From assembly GCA_965153285.1 (NCBI GenBank), contig OZ229115.1: DNA of 64,000 nucleotides, one strand, 5' to 3'. This DNA comes from Podarcis tiliguerta (taxonomy: Eukaryota). The position numbers and the translations under genes are program-made. The notes beneath the pieces are model-generated. The model was given only the letters and a program-made list of their open reading frames with translations, did no database searches and had not been told where the DNA came from. Shown piece by piece: positions 49,561-62,977 of the stretch. Every line of letters starts with the position of its first letter. The stretch's first letter is position 1.

Positions 49561-50485
49561 CCGTATTTTTCGTCCCATAGGACGCTCCGTCCCATAGGAC
49601 GCACCTACTTTTTTGGGGGGGAAATAAAGGAAAAAAAATTTTCCCTTTATTTCCCCCCCAAAACCAGGTCGGGGAACAGTGGGATGGCGGCGCTGCGCCT
49701 CCCCGCTGTCCCCCGACATTGTGGGGCTGGCCGATGTCTGCCCGGCGCCAGGGCGCTCTGCTGCAGGGCGCCCCATGCGCCGGGCGGCAGGCTGCCACCC
49801 GCAAGCCTTGCGCGCCGTGGGGGAGTTCTCCCCCGGTGCGCAAGGCTTGCTGACACTTGCGCGAAGCACAGGGCGTCCTCCGAAGGGCGCCCAGTGTTCC
49901 GTGCTGCAGGCTGCCGCCCGCAAGCCTTGCGCGCAGGGGGGAGTTCTCCCCCGGTGCGCAAGGCTTGCTGACACTTGCGCGAAGCAGGGGGCGTCCTCCG
50001 AAGGGCGCCCCGTGTTCCGCACTGCAGGCTGCCGCTCGCAAGCCTTGCGCACCGGGGGGGAGTTCTCCCCCGGTGCGCAAGGCTTGCTGACACTTGCGCG
50101 AAGCAGGGGGCGTCCTCCGAAGGGCGCCCCGTGTTCCGCGCTGCAGGCTGCCGCCCGCAAGCCTTGCGCGCCGGGGGGGAGTTCTCCCCCGGTGCGCAAG
50201 GCTTGCCGACACTTGCGCGAAGCACGGGGCGTCCTCCGAAGGGCGCCCCGTGCTCCGCGCTGCAGGCTGCCGCCCGCAAGCCTTGCGCGCCCAGGGGAAC
50301 TCCCCCCAGGTGCGCAAGGCTTGCGGATAGCTTCCTGGAGCCTGGAGAGCAAGAGGTGTCGGTGCGCACCGACGCCTCTCACTCTCCAGGCTTCCGCGAA
50401 AGCCTGCATTCGCCCCATAGGACGCACACATTTCCCCTTCATTTTTGGAGGGGAAAAAGTGCGTCCTATAGGGCGAAAAATACGG
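49561..50485. mobile_element. Non-autonomous Tc1/mariner-superfamily element (Tc2/pogo-like, CCGTA ends) with GC-rich internal array
   Basis: TA on both flanks; 25-bp TIR CCGTATTTTTCG(T/C)CC(C/T)ATAGGACGC; subterminal CCCATAGGACGC repeats; no transposase. Confidence 0.88.
49801..50324. repeat. 118-119-bp GC-rich minisatellite (~4.4 units)
   Basis: Units start GCAAGCCTTG at 49801, 49920, 50038, 50157 and 50276. Confidence 0.95.
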
Positions 50486-53400
50486 TATTCTTATTCTTAT
50501 TTATATGCAGCCCATCTGACTGGCATTAAACTTGGCAACCATAAAACTAAGTGTTGCATATTAATAGCCTGTCAAAATACGACTCTGAGTTTTGATGGAA
50601 GAAACACAAGAGGAAGCCTAATGAAGTTCAATCAAGAGAGTATCCAGGGTTGCACCACCACAAAAAGGTCCAATTTCTTGTGCTCACTCAGTAAAGGTTC
50701 CATGATGACACTGACAGCAAAGCCTCTCAATTTATCTTGATTCCATGGCAGATCTACCATATGGGCGCAAGTGGTCCCAAGCAAAACCTTGTCCTAAGCA
50801 TTGAAGGCAAATGGGTGGGGAAAGAGCTCACATGGTCTTTGCCAGAATGGGCTGCAAATAGATAAAGCATTAATTTCCAGAATATTTATAGATGGAAGCA
50901 AAAGGAAATGTGGGGGTCTTAGCTGTCCATGTTTTTTTCTCCTAGATTTTTTAAATAAAAAAATAATTTTTTATTGATTTTTAGACAAATGTAAATACAG
51001 TAACCATTAAACACTTATCCAGCAGTACAGCTAATGGTGTTTGTTTTATCCATTGACCCTAGACATACACATTCAAATATATGGCCCTCTAGAGGTTGTT
51101 GGTCTCCTCCAGCTCCCATCACCACAGCCACTTTTTGCAAAGGGAGCCCTATCACACCACCTTATAGTAGTCTGGTTCAGAAGAGGTATGTGGGAGGTAT
51201 CTTTTCCAGAAAGAGGAAGAGCTGCTTTATCATCTACAACTGAGAAGACGCGCACCTACAAATCCAGGAGGATGCCCAGGAGGAAGCCTTTCCAGCCTGC
51301 AAGCCTGCTGCTTACTTGAGTGCAACACACATCTTTCCAGTTGAAATTGTTTTGCGTGGGGTTTCAATTTATTTACCTTACTCAGCTGACTACTAACCTC
51401 AGGCAGTTGTTCAAGGACAAGACAGCCACTGCTGGTTCATATGGAAATGAAATATATATTTAGCTTTGAAAAGCCCTCAAGGAATTCCAGAGGGAGGGGC
51501 GAAGACAACAGAACCACCCTAAGTACACATAGGGACAAACATTTTTATTTATTTTTTGGCTTGTGCTTAAAGTGCACAAATTCTGTAAGTACATAGCTCT
51601 TTTTTATTATGATATGCCCCAGTGGGCAACATCAACATAGTTAACTTGCAGAAGGATGGGAGGCAAGGTAGTGATAGAACAAAGAAGAATAAAGCTATAG
51701 GATAGCCGTGTCTAGTTGCTGAATCGATGTAACAGAAACAGGCAAATTTCTGCAAAGGCAGTGGCACACCAGAGATCAACAAAGTCAGACTGATATCCAG
51801 GAATAATCTACAAGACGGATGTAGAAGAAAAAGCTTTCAAATAAACAAGTACAAATCATCATCAAGGATGTACAACCCATCCTGGACAATGGAACTTCCC
51901 TCTTACAGGTCTTGGGGTGGTAGGTCAGTCCTTGCTTACAGACACCCATCTAACCTAAAACAGCTACCCACCAGCAACAATAGGCCACAGAAAAGAGGCA
52001 CAAACACAAGCATCAGACCCTGCAATATATCCAAACACCAGTTTTCTCCCCAAATCTATCTCCTCAGCAATGCTGTTATAGATCCTACTAATGTTAACGA
52101 CAATATCAATGATTTATTCATCTGCTCCATTTTCCACTGTTACATGCTACTATCTGCTGGCAAATGAGACAAACAGCCCAGTCCCTACATAAAGTACAAA
52201 TCTCACAACAGAAATGGCAATATTAAGAAAACAGCATCCCAAGAGACACTGCCACAGATCTTAAGGTGGCTTTTCTCAAACAGTGGATCTTCTAAGGAGA
52301 GCTGCTGCACTGCAATTTATCAAACAATTTAATTCTATCAACTGTGACTTGAATTAGGTTAAACGTTTTTTATCACGCTGCATGCGTTAATTAGGATTTT
52401 TGTGCCATCACTTACACATTCTTTGTGAATGATCATGGGTAAAATAGGTCATGTACTTCCTGCATTTAACTTCCCTCTGTTTACAATTGTCTCCACAGCC
52501 GTATATATTTATATAGGCCACTTCTGGACAACTCACAGAAATAATTCATGCTTCTGATGAGTGGAATTCTAAGTGTATGGATTTTGCACCTAGCACCATT
52601 GGTAGGTTCCAGCAAAAACAAAACAGATTCTCCAAAACTGTCATCTGCCCAACTCTGTTTTAGACCAATAACGATATTCATTTCCAGACTATCGCCCAAT
52701 TACTTGTAGTGCTGAATGATTTTTAAATAAGATACATTAAAATCCTGATTTGAAGTGACAAGCAGAAAGCCAATCTGATGAAAGGGAGCCTATTTAAAAA
52801 AAAAAGGATACAAGACCACCCAAGCGCTTACAAGCTTGATGACTTTTCTAGCCTCTTGGAACAAAATCAGACATGACATCAGGAGGTGCATACTTTTCGC
52901 TGTGGGGCAAATTCTTGCTTTGAGGAAAGGACAACTTAAAGCTCAAGTGGCACAGGAGCAAAGTAATTGCAAGCATCATGTCACCTTGCTACTAGTGCTA
53001 CATGGTTAGATGATGATGACAAGGTAAGAGATGCATCTCAATAAAAGACAAAGTTAAGAATTCTACCTCCTGCCTCACTCAAGATAGGCCAATATCACAC
53101 ACATACTTGTGCAGCTATCACAGCGCTGCCAATCTGGGCACTATGAGTAACATTCATATCAGCATGGCCTTTGCCTATAGAGTAGTAAATAAAATAAAAA
53201 ATGGTTCTGAAAACATGATTTACTACACTGTTTGCTTTTAGTGTGATAAGGTAGTAAAGTTTACAGTTAGGCTGGAGTGAGGTGGTGAGATTTGTCTGTC
53301 AACCATGCATTTGTCTCCATGACAGTTGTCCAACAAAATACATTACTCTGCTCATTAACTGTTTGCCTTGAGGTGTTCTTCCAGGTACCCTGTCCATCCA

Positions 53401-56400
53401 AACACCAAGATGCTCCCCAATAAATTCTACTGTAGTGCATAGCTTTGCCTTCTTTAGGCACTTAATAAAAATTGTATAATTTTACTAGAAGCGATGCATG
53501 GAGCAATAAGCTAGGTGCCTGTTGGCACTTCATCTAATCCAAGAGTTGACCCCTAATTGCTTCCACATGTTACATAACAAAAAAGGTTACTTGGGGTGTT
53601 ATAAATATTCATAGCATTGATATTTTATTTAGCATTTCATAATTAACCTATTATACATGGAGATACTTTTCTTATATATATTTCTAACCATAAATATTAC
53701 TATTTATTATAATTTTAAAGTAGATTAAAAACAAAAGAGAATACGCTTTTAAAATGTACCACAGAATCTGTGCAATGCATCAACATAAAAGGCAAATCAA
53801 TGTGGGAAAAAAGTTTCTTGATGGTACAAAGTTTGAATTCCACACCTTTGCTGAATGCAGATTGCAAGTTGTGACGTCCCCAAGTTGTAAAGATGTAGTG
53901 CAGTGTGTCTACCAAACATGGGGGTAGATATTTACATTTTAGTGAAAGGAGTATTTGACTTGGATCCAAGATGTTCTAAGTTAAGGCAAAGCATGTAATT
54001 TGTCAGGCCCTAACAGTGCATGTCCAAGTTAAACTGCTTTACACCAGACACACATTCATTTTGAAGGAGCAGATTGAAAATACACCTCTGGAACTCATCT
54101 TCAGAACCTTTTCTAGCACACGGTAATGCAAGTATTTCTTTAAAAACCGACAAGAAAATCTTATGCAAAAAGCCATTGATTGTCAATTAAAACCAATCTA
54201 ACATTATGTTGGGACAGAGCCAGTAAACCAACTTACTCTGCTGAATTACAGCAATCAACAGGTACTACTGAAATGTATCAGAGCCACAAGATCCCTGAAT
54301 GAATACTGCATTTTTCCTCAGTGGAGTATTCAAAATAATTAACTAACAAAAAAGTAACCAAACTTTATTTGCTTTACAGAAATGACAGTGTTCAAAAAAT
54401 ACTAGATTGTGGGTTGCTAGTGAAGTCTAATTGCAATTTATACAATCAGACACGTAGTTGAACAAATGTAACTTTTTTTACTATAAATAACCTTTCAAAG
54501 GGTTAATAAAATGAGGCTTTTTCAAGTTGTCAGTGCCAATTAACCTAGAATTGTGAAAGAAGAAATGGGCTGCAGCTGTAAGAAGCAATGCTAACTACTG
54601 GGTCAAAATGTTGGACAAGACAGATAAGCTCCAAAGACTAATTTTTGTAGGCCTGCTACAATTCTACTCATGAAACCACACTTCATATATAAAACTATCA
54701 TTACTTTTGTATTTGTAGTCTTGGAGTACAATGTCTGCTTTCAAAAACAAATAGCCTTTTCACTCTTCAAAGCAAGGGTGAGGAACCTCTGGCTTGTGGG
54801 CTAAGCTTAGCCTGCCAGGGGGGTTCCCTTCGGCTCATGATGCCATTTCTCCCCAAGCCATGCCTACCTGTCACTCAGCTGACATAACTGGGTGATGTCA
54901 GCTGATAGGCGGGGGGGGGGGGAGGAGTTCAATCATGCTGGCTGCTGGTGAAGCAGACCACTGCAGAGAGCAAAACTGAAGTATCCACTAATCAGCTGGT
55001 GAGCAGAGTTCAATCCTACCAGGTCCTGCTTCATTTGTGGGGAACACAATGGCAAAGAAGACCCCTTTCCCCACACTGCAAGTCAACTCAGACAGGTGTG
55101 TGGGGCATTATGATGACATCATCTCCACCCCTGGCTGAAAGGCAAATGGATCTTTTGTGGCATATGCGTTTGCAGGCTGATGCTTCCCATTACATCCAAA
55201 CCCGGGATCACGGTTTCTTGCTTCACAAGAAGACAGGATTTCTAAGCCAACAACAAACCATGACATAAAGCTGGCGAGCAATTATGACTTTTTAGGAAGC
55301 AACAAGCTTTAAAAAGGGTACAGGCCAATACTTAATTTAAATCTGCACCCTTAATATATATAGATTAATGTGCCCAATAAAACTTTTAAGAAGAATACAC
55401 ATAAAGCCTACAGGTCTTACATGCAGTATTCGGACATTAATAGAAAATTGAACTTATTTGCAGTTTTCTGGCTTGCTTCTCCCACGTGTAGCAGGGGAGG
55501 AGTGAAGAGGGAGTGATTGGGCAGTGCGCATCAGAATGCTCCTTATGCACAATAAACCATAAAAAGCCAGTAAATCTAAACAAAGGCACAGTGTAAGTTC
55601 CTCTCGTCCCACTAGGGGAATCAAATAAGCTGTGCATCTTTACAAGCAGACAACCCATTTTAGGTATCAAAACTAAGCCAGTGAACTTTTCCATCCCTAA
55701 GAAAAAGTGGAGGTTAATGGGTCTTCAGGTTACCCAACTGATGGAATAGGTCAAGAACAAACATATGCAGTACTACTGAAACACAAACCACTTCACCATT
55801 CCAATTCAAGGATCAAGGAAAGGATTAATTGAATAAAGTCACTTGAAACAATCAAAACAATGGCAGACACTATACAAACAGCACATTTACACACTGATAA
55901 TTGTTTCTCTCAGCAGGAAGCAAAAATGTCTATAAAGCAAATTATGGCTTTCTCTGTGAAGAGGAGTAACAAAATCCATTTGAAATAAAGGATGTTCTTA
56001 CTGTCTTTGCTGTGTACACTGTTCTTCAATATTCTACTTAGGTACAAAGAGGATATTATTTAACTCTTTCATACCGTATGTCTTATTCCCAACTTTCTGT
56101 TCCTTCTTCAAGTTAATGTGGAAGGCTTACTTGAACCTATTTGATTGATCAAGATTACTTATATGCCACTTTTCCAGCATCAGCTGTCCCCAAAGTGGCT
56201 TACAACAAACATTCAAAACATCATATAAGCATGCCAATAAATTAAAAAACGGCAAAATAAACAATTTAACAAGCATAGAATAAATCCAATATTACTAAAA
56301 AACAAAACAAAAAAGTTTAAGTATATAAATGCAAAGCAGAACAAGAGCTAATTGACAATTAAGTTTCTGGTACTGGTCTTCCTGCACTCCCAGAAGCCTG

Positions 56401-58288
56401 GCTTAAATAAGAGTTTCGAAGGGAGGAGGCTAAATAGCATACAGCTATCTTTCATATTCTTACTCTAGAGGAGGCTGGCAGCAGCAAAAGGCAAATGTTG
56501 GAGAACATAATGATGGTCAGCCGCTTCCCCAACCTCCTGGAAGTGCCAACTGCTGGTACAGTTCTTACTGCACTTCAAAACACCTAAGCAGCACAGTTCA
56601 GAGGGAAAGGGTCATACCACCAGGAAAGATGACTTACAACAGGCTCCCATATTCCAATTTCAACTGCCTGCAATCTAACATACTTCAGTGTCCCATACTT
56701 ATTCCACAGGGAGTTGCTGTAGTTAGATCAATGCAATAAGCTAGCACCGGAGCAGAGTTAAAGATAAAAGATTGCCTTGCTTGTGTTCCCCCCCACCCAT
56801 AACAATAAATTGCATATCCCCATGTTGAAAATAAATTATTCTTTAATTATTCCTGATCCTATATGCATGTCTGCTTGGAAATGCTCTCAGTGAATTCAGT
56901 AGGACTTACTGCCCAGAATGAGCCTTAGGGCTCATCCACACATCTTCTCTGTACCTGATTACTGTACTCTTGGTGACTAGCAACTGAAAATGCAGGAATG
57001 CCGTTTCACTTGTTTACCAGACAAGAATGATTTCAACATTACCACAATGTGTTAATTAAGATGTTTTCATGATTGTACCTGCAGAACTGAATATTAAGAG
57101 GAGTGGGGGAAGAAGAAAGTTACACCATTTCAGAAACTTCCCATAGTTAGTTGTCTACAAATTTCCAATAAATCAGCATTTTCTTACACAAAAACCCATG
57201 ATAATTAGAGAGTGGGGGGGAAATATGTTTTGCAAATGACTGAGAAAGGTAGTCTGCAGCTTCCACAACTGAAAAAAACCAAAACACTTATTTGTTGACC
57301 TACGATAAGACTTGCTATGGTTTGGTTCATTTCCGTGATGTCTGGGTAACCACCTGAGGCACCCCAAAGGCCTTTTGTCATGTCACACATTGCCAGTTTC
57401 CAGGTGACATGTTTTAAAAAAACACACACAAAACCCCCACATATTTTTGCCCTGGTACAATATGCAACAATGCCCTGGCTTCAAATGCAACAGTTGCAGA
57501 ATTGCAAGGAAGAGGAAGAGGAACCTTTTCCTGTTATTCTACAGACAAAATTATGGGATTGCTACTTCACCTTTCTTTTGGAAGAATCATCACTGGTTAT
57601 TAATGCATGCTATTTAAGAATAACGCATTCAAAAGCTATATACCGGTATGTGTGATATATATAGCCTAAAATCCTTTGTTCGGAAAGCAATCTATTGCAA
57701 ATAACAAAGCTAGCCTTCCACAAGGCCTAGATGATAAGCAGCAGGAAGTCTTTCACCTTTTAGAGAGTATTCAAAGATTCACTTCAATACAATCAAGCAA
57801 TGGGAATTCCTCATAGACTGTGAAAGGTGACAAGTGTCATGAAATGCCCTTCTCTCCGGAGGGAACCTCCAGTTCCCACTGACCCAATTGACTGCAGGCT
57901 ATCCTCAGATGTCAAAAACTAACAACGCCCATACATTTCTCCCATTTTCTGCGCCAGCTACTAAATGGAAAAAGGTGTATATTTTATGACAAGGGGAGGA
58001 GGGAACTGCCTGCACACATCATCTTGCAAGATCTGCATTTTAAGAATTCACAGAAATACAAGTTGCCATTTATCTTTCATGAAAACAATAGCAGCACCCC
58101 CAAAATGAGATTAAATATTGCACAAGCAAAAACACAACACACACCCAGGTTACTTGTCATATATACCACCACCATCCCCTTCCCTGGCACAGTCCCCCAA
58201 CGGCTGGATGATTCACCCCAGTAAAGAGAATCAAGTCAAGAACGACGGATGAGGAAAAGGGAGGTGATAAGAAGACATGCTAACCTAC

Positions 58289-58427
58289 CTGTCCCGAAGG
58301 CTTTGGCCACCAGCCACGCTAGATTACAGGCGATTTTCGCTCTGTTGAAGTCGTAATGATCAAAGGGTTTGATGGCAGGGACAATGAACGTCTTTCTCAT
58401 TTCCTTGACGTCTGCGGCATCCCCCAT
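58289..58427 (-). CDS. CAMSAP2: CAMSAP2 coding exon 1 (139 nt, ATG at 58427)
   Basis: Translates MGDAADVKEMRKTFIVPAIKPFDHYDFNRAKIACNLAWLVAKAFGT, matching the CAMSAP2 N-terminus; donor G|GTAGGT at 58288; phase 1. Confidence 0.97.
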
Positions 58428-59900
58428 TTTCCTTCCCTCCCCCCCACACCCCGGGCCCACAGAGCCTTAATTTTATTTTCAAAAAAATCGATTTACATGA
58501 TTCACCTTCTAGAAGGCAACCTTCAATATATAGAGAGATATACTATATATAGATGTATATTTTTAAAAATCTAGTAATATATAGGTCTTCCTTCCTTCTC
58601 TTTTTTAGGAGACCGTAGCAACGGAGGATGGAGGCGGTGCAGCGAACTCAGCTGTGTTTATGGGGCGAAATCCCCCCCGCCACCGCTTCCCCTCCCGCTG
58701 CATAGGAATGTGAAAGAAATACCCTCTTTTTCTCCTTCTCCCCCACCCTACGCCACCCCACCCCAGGGCCCTTTGTCCGAATGCCCTTTTCCCGATTCCA
58801 AACAAATAAATTGCAACCGCAGCCGATGGCCAGCTCGGAGACTCCTCGGGCGAATGGTGAGGATTATTGCTGCTGCTGCTGTTATTATTAATTATTCTGG
58901 TTGCTTCTTCTTTTTTGAAAGAGAGTCTTCCCCACAAGCCTGAAGAGGAGGCTCCTGCTCGGCTCGGCTCTCCCCTCCGAAATGCAGAGGGGGCGGGGAA
59001 AAGGGGCCAGACTCTGGAGGGAGGCGGCCGGGATTTTCCTGCAGCGGCTCGGGAGGAAGCGGCGCCCAAGGCAGGGAGATGTCCGGGCGCTCCAGATACG
59101 GCTCTCCAAGCGGGAAGCTGAGGGAGGGACCCGGCGGCCAAGCCGGCCGCGGCGCTTGTCAGTGCTCCTCCCGGCGCTCTGAGGGCCGCCTCGCTTTCTC
59201 CGGCGTCGCCCCTATGTCGCCCCCTTCCCAAGCTTCGCCACAGCTCCCCTTCCTCCTCCTCCTCCTCCTCCTTCTCCTGCCGCGCTCAAGACTGAGGAAA
59301 GCAGCCGCGCGCAAAGACGCATGCGCGCTCTCCTGGCTAGCCGCTGCCCCCTCCTCATCGTGCGCGCTTCCCGGGCTTGGGCGGAGCTGCCGGGAGAGGA
59401 GACGGGGTGGGGTGGGGGATAGACCAAGGGGGAGGCGCAGAGGGGTGTTGCCTCTCCCCCCACCGACGCCCGGCTTGGGGAAACGGAGGGTCACGTGGCC
59501 GGTACAATGGGGCATTCTTGACGCGCGCGCTCCAGCTCACCATCATCTGGTTCCAAGGCGCCTCCGCGACCAGGGCGGAGGCTGGCCCACCAGCAGGGCG
59601 CACGGGGTGGGGTGGCAAATGGGGAGGGCCTCGGGCAGCTGAAGGCCTGGGGCAGGCGGGGTGGGCGCGCGGCGGAGCCCGGCCGTTCTCTGCACAGGAA
59701 ACAAGGCAGCTCTCGGGCATGCATTGGCACCGGCGATGCCCCATGGTAATTATAGACTTAATAGTCTTCCCCCGTTGCCGCCTTTTGGGTAATCATCACG
59801 TCTATTATTAGCTCACCTAGTTCAAGAGACGTTAGCCCTGCTTTTTCGGGCGGGGGGGACTCCTCATTTTGTTGAGGAGGCGCCCCCCCACCCCCGGATT
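58400..59900 (-). promoter_or_regulatory. CpG island: CAMSAP2 promoter and 5' UTR
   Basis: Very GC/CpG-rich, directly upstream of the ATG; GC box GGGGCGGGG 58990-58998, NRF1-like CGCATGCGCG 59318-59327, E-box GTCACGTGGC 59490-59499, (TCC)n run ~59251-59272; TSS cannot be placed from sequence. Confidence 0.85.
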
Positions 59901-60102
59901 TCTACCGCAGAGTCCTGCCTTCAGGGCATCAATGACTGGCAGGCCCATTCTGGAGTGCGCTTTTTTTTTTTTTAAGTTGCATTTGACTGCACTGTGGGAA
60001 ATGTTGGCCAATTCGTGAAAAATCATTATTTTTTAAAAATGCGCATATGTGTCTACATCTTACTGTCTGGGCCACAGAGCAATTGCAATTGGTTAATTAT
60101 CC

Positions 60103-60104
<2 letters not shown>

Positions 60105-60151
<47 letters not shown>
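60105..60151. repeat. (TA)n microsatellite upstream of promoter; other SSRs: (GT)n ~9233-9262 and ~26523-26552, (CA)n ~12946-12970, (TTA)n ~17235-17272, (AAT)n ~30516-30548, (AGAT)n ~48654-48683
   Basis: Direct reading. Confidence 0.95.
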
Positions 60152-60153
<2 letters not shown>

Positions 60154-60789
60154 TCTCAAATCCTTGCCTTTCTTCCAACACAGGTCATGCAGTTTGCATG
60201 TGGGAACTGAAGCTTTGATTTTCACTTGGGCAGCGATAGGATTCTTGGAAAGCACATGTGTCAGTGAGTTATGAACCTTATATAAGCATCTGTGCAGAAA
60301 TAAAACTGCTTGCACATTTGCAAAGCTATGCCAGCCCGGTGCGGTTTCAATACAGCATGTTGAGATCCCTACATTGCAGGGTGTTGGACTAGATTACCCT
60401 TGCGGGTCCCTTCCAACTCTATGATTCTATTGTGAACGTAAAATCTTTTTTAAAAAATTATCTGAGAAAAACATGGGTGGCCACTTTCACTAGTGCAATC
60501 TCTTAGAGTCAATGTAAGTTACCCTGATAGATGGGGCAATTAAAACATGCCTTAAATTTGGAACTAGGCAGGTTTATCTACCTGGGCTATCTAGGAAGAG
60601 AGCCAGGGAGACTTATTCCATGTACCAGGAAAGAGTATAGTACTATACGTATGTTATATAGCCTTGCCCTCTCAGGCCAGAGCAGGAAAGTGCTACAATT
60701 ACTTAATTCTAGGCATGCAATAGCGAGGGACAAACTACACATTACATCCACATGTGTATAACAAAGCTCATAACTATTATTCCACGGCA

Positions 60790-61320
60790 TACTGTCTCTG
60801 ACAGAACATAGCTAGTAGCCATTGATAGTCATATCATCCATAAATTTAAAGCCATACAAGTTGGCAGCCATCAGTACATCTTGTGGGATCAAATTCTATA
60901 GTTTAACTTTGTGCTATGTGAAGAAACACATTCTTTTGTCTCCCGAATCTTCCAACATTTAGCTTCATGGCCCTGGGTTCTAGTATTATCAGGGAGAAAA
61001 ACCTCTTCCTAGCTGTCTTATCTACACAGTGTATAATATTTCACACCTATCACACAGACACCCCTTCCGCCCCCACCCTCACCCCCCCATATTAAGAATC
61101 CCCTTGATCATTTTGGTTGCCCTTTTCTGAACCTTTTCCAGCTCTTAAAGTTTTCCTTTTTTAGGTAAGGCAATCATAATGGAACATGGTATCCCAAGTT
61201 GTGGTCATGCCATCGATTTGTATAACAGCATTATAATTCTGGCAATTGTATTTTCAATCCCTTTCCTAAAGATCTCCAAGATGGAATTGGTCTTTTTCAG
61301 AGCTCTTGCATACTAGGTCA
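60790..61320 (-). mobile_element. Old CR1 LINE fragment
   Basis: CCCTTGATCATTTTGGTTGCCCTTTTCTGAACCTTTTCCAGCTC pattern typical of CR1 ORF2 3' region; boundaries approximate. Confidence 0.55.
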
Positions 61321-62285
61321 ACATTCTGACCTTGAATTCTACAGAGGATAAAACATCCTACATTATCAGTTTGGGATGAAATGTCACACAGACCCTAAAT
61401 CTCCTCCCCCACCTTGTTAAGTATGGCTCTTAGTCTGTGAACCATCTTATTTTCTAGAGATGTAATTTTCCAATTCTGCTTCATGAAGCTCTGGTGTTAA
61501 TGTGGAAACATCACCATGCTTTTAATAAGAAGAAAATCAGTAATGAAAGAAAACCTTCCCTGGATCACTAGCCAGACTACTAGTCTTCCCCTGCAATACA
61601 TTACCATAAGGGAGTGTTGGATGTGTTCAGCAGTGCACATTCATGAGTGACAGTAGTGAAACCCAAGATGCCTAGTGAAACCCAAGATTCACATTTCATG
61701 TGAATTGAGTGTATGGACATGCCTCATTAATATCTGCAATGTGTGTAGGGGTTATCTGGTAGACGATGTTAAGTAGGGATAAATGTTCCCGGAAGGTATA
61801 TGGTTTGAAATCCTCTGTTCAGTAGAAGGTAACCAATTACTGTCATGTGGAGAGATTGTGATTGGGCCTCTGAGCAAAAAATGTTGCACATCGTGTGTAA
61901 AGGTCCTTTTCCAACACTTCATTTACATTCACTGTGCAAGAGCAACCCATCATCCCACTGCTTGGTTCATTGGTCAGGAGAGTTGGCCACTGTAACCATC
62001 ATAACGACAGAAAAGGGAGATAAGAACGAAATAGAGTATCATGTGTTAGCCAAAATCATTGATCTTAGTTCTGTAACTCAACTGCTGTGAAAGGAAAAAG
62101 CAATAGTAGCAGTGCTGAAGAGTGTTTGCTTATTTTATTTATTAATTTATTAAACTTATTAGTTGCTTGTCACCCGAAGTAACTTATAGCAATGTTTGTG
62201 TGTACATAAACATAAACACACACACACACAGAAATACACACTGCCATAAGGGAAAGTGGGGAATCATACATCAATATTGCCTAAA

Positions 62286-62977
62286 AGAGCTTTCCAAACT
62301 TTTCATATTGGTGACACACTTTTTAGACATGCATCATTTCGTGACACAATAATACATTTTTACTAGCAAACCGGAGGTTAAACTAACTCAGGCTTCCAAA
62401 AACTCGGCCCTCCAGATGTTTTTGGCTTATAACTCCCATGATCACTAGCTAGCAGGACAAGTGGGTCAGGGATGATGGGAACTGTAGTCTCAAAACGTCT
62501 GGAGGGACGAGTTTGAGGAAGCCTGTACTAACCCTTTCGCTGTGGTCTAAACCACTGAGCCTCTTGGGATTGTTGATCGGAAGGTCAGCAGTTCGAATCC
62601 GCATGAGGGGGTACGCTCTTGTTGCTCTGTCCCAGCTTCTGCCAAACTAGCAGTTCGAAAGCACACCAGTACAAGTAGATAAATAGGTACCGCTGGGGCA
62701 GGAAGGTAAATGGCATTTCTGTGTGCTCTGGCTTCCTTTAGTGTTCCATTGCACCAGAAGTGGGCCACATGACCCAGAAAGCTGTCTGTGGACAAACGCC
62801 GGCTCCCTTGGCCTGAAAGCGAGATGAGTGCCGCAACCCCATAGTTGCCTTTAACTGGACTTAACTGTCCAGGGGTCCTTTACCTTTTTTTTACCAGCCT
62901 GGGGAGCGGTGTGGGGAGCATTTGCCTGACACACATACTGCAGCCGACACACGTGTGGAACAGTTGGGAAAGCTCTG
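62286..62977. mobile_element. hAT element of the 30319 family containing a palindromic hAT MITE (62389-62525) and a Sauria SINE
   Basis: Outer parts align to 30319-30509; inner MITE CAGGCTTCC...GGAAGCCTG. Confidence 0.8.
62538..62893 (+). mobile_element. Sauria SINE (slightly 5'-truncated), nested in hAT element
   Basis: CGCTGTGGTCTAAACC...GCAGTTCGAAAGCAC...GGGGTCCTTTACCTTT. Confidence 0.85.

Noticed and set aside
49801-50324. CRISPR-like appearance (palindromic repeats at regular spacing)
   Set aside because: The intervening sequences are repeated rather than unique spacers; eukaryotic context with no cas genes
49502-50740. Overlapping long ORFs (up to 353 aa) in many frames
   Set aside because: By-product of a GC-rich palindromic minisatellite with few stop codons; peptides are repetitive with no transposase motifs
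58428-58460. N-terminal extension MGPGCGGEGRK from the ORF track
   Set aside because: It starts at a GTG; the conserved initiator is the ATG at 58427
58586-58624. Plus-strand acceptor-like tract and RFX-like half site (GTAGCAAC)
   Set aside because: No partner exon is visible and only half of an X-box is present
58605-59811. Several 120-210 aa ORFs in the CpG island
   Set aside because: GC-rich shadow ORFs with low-complexity translations and no recognisable homology
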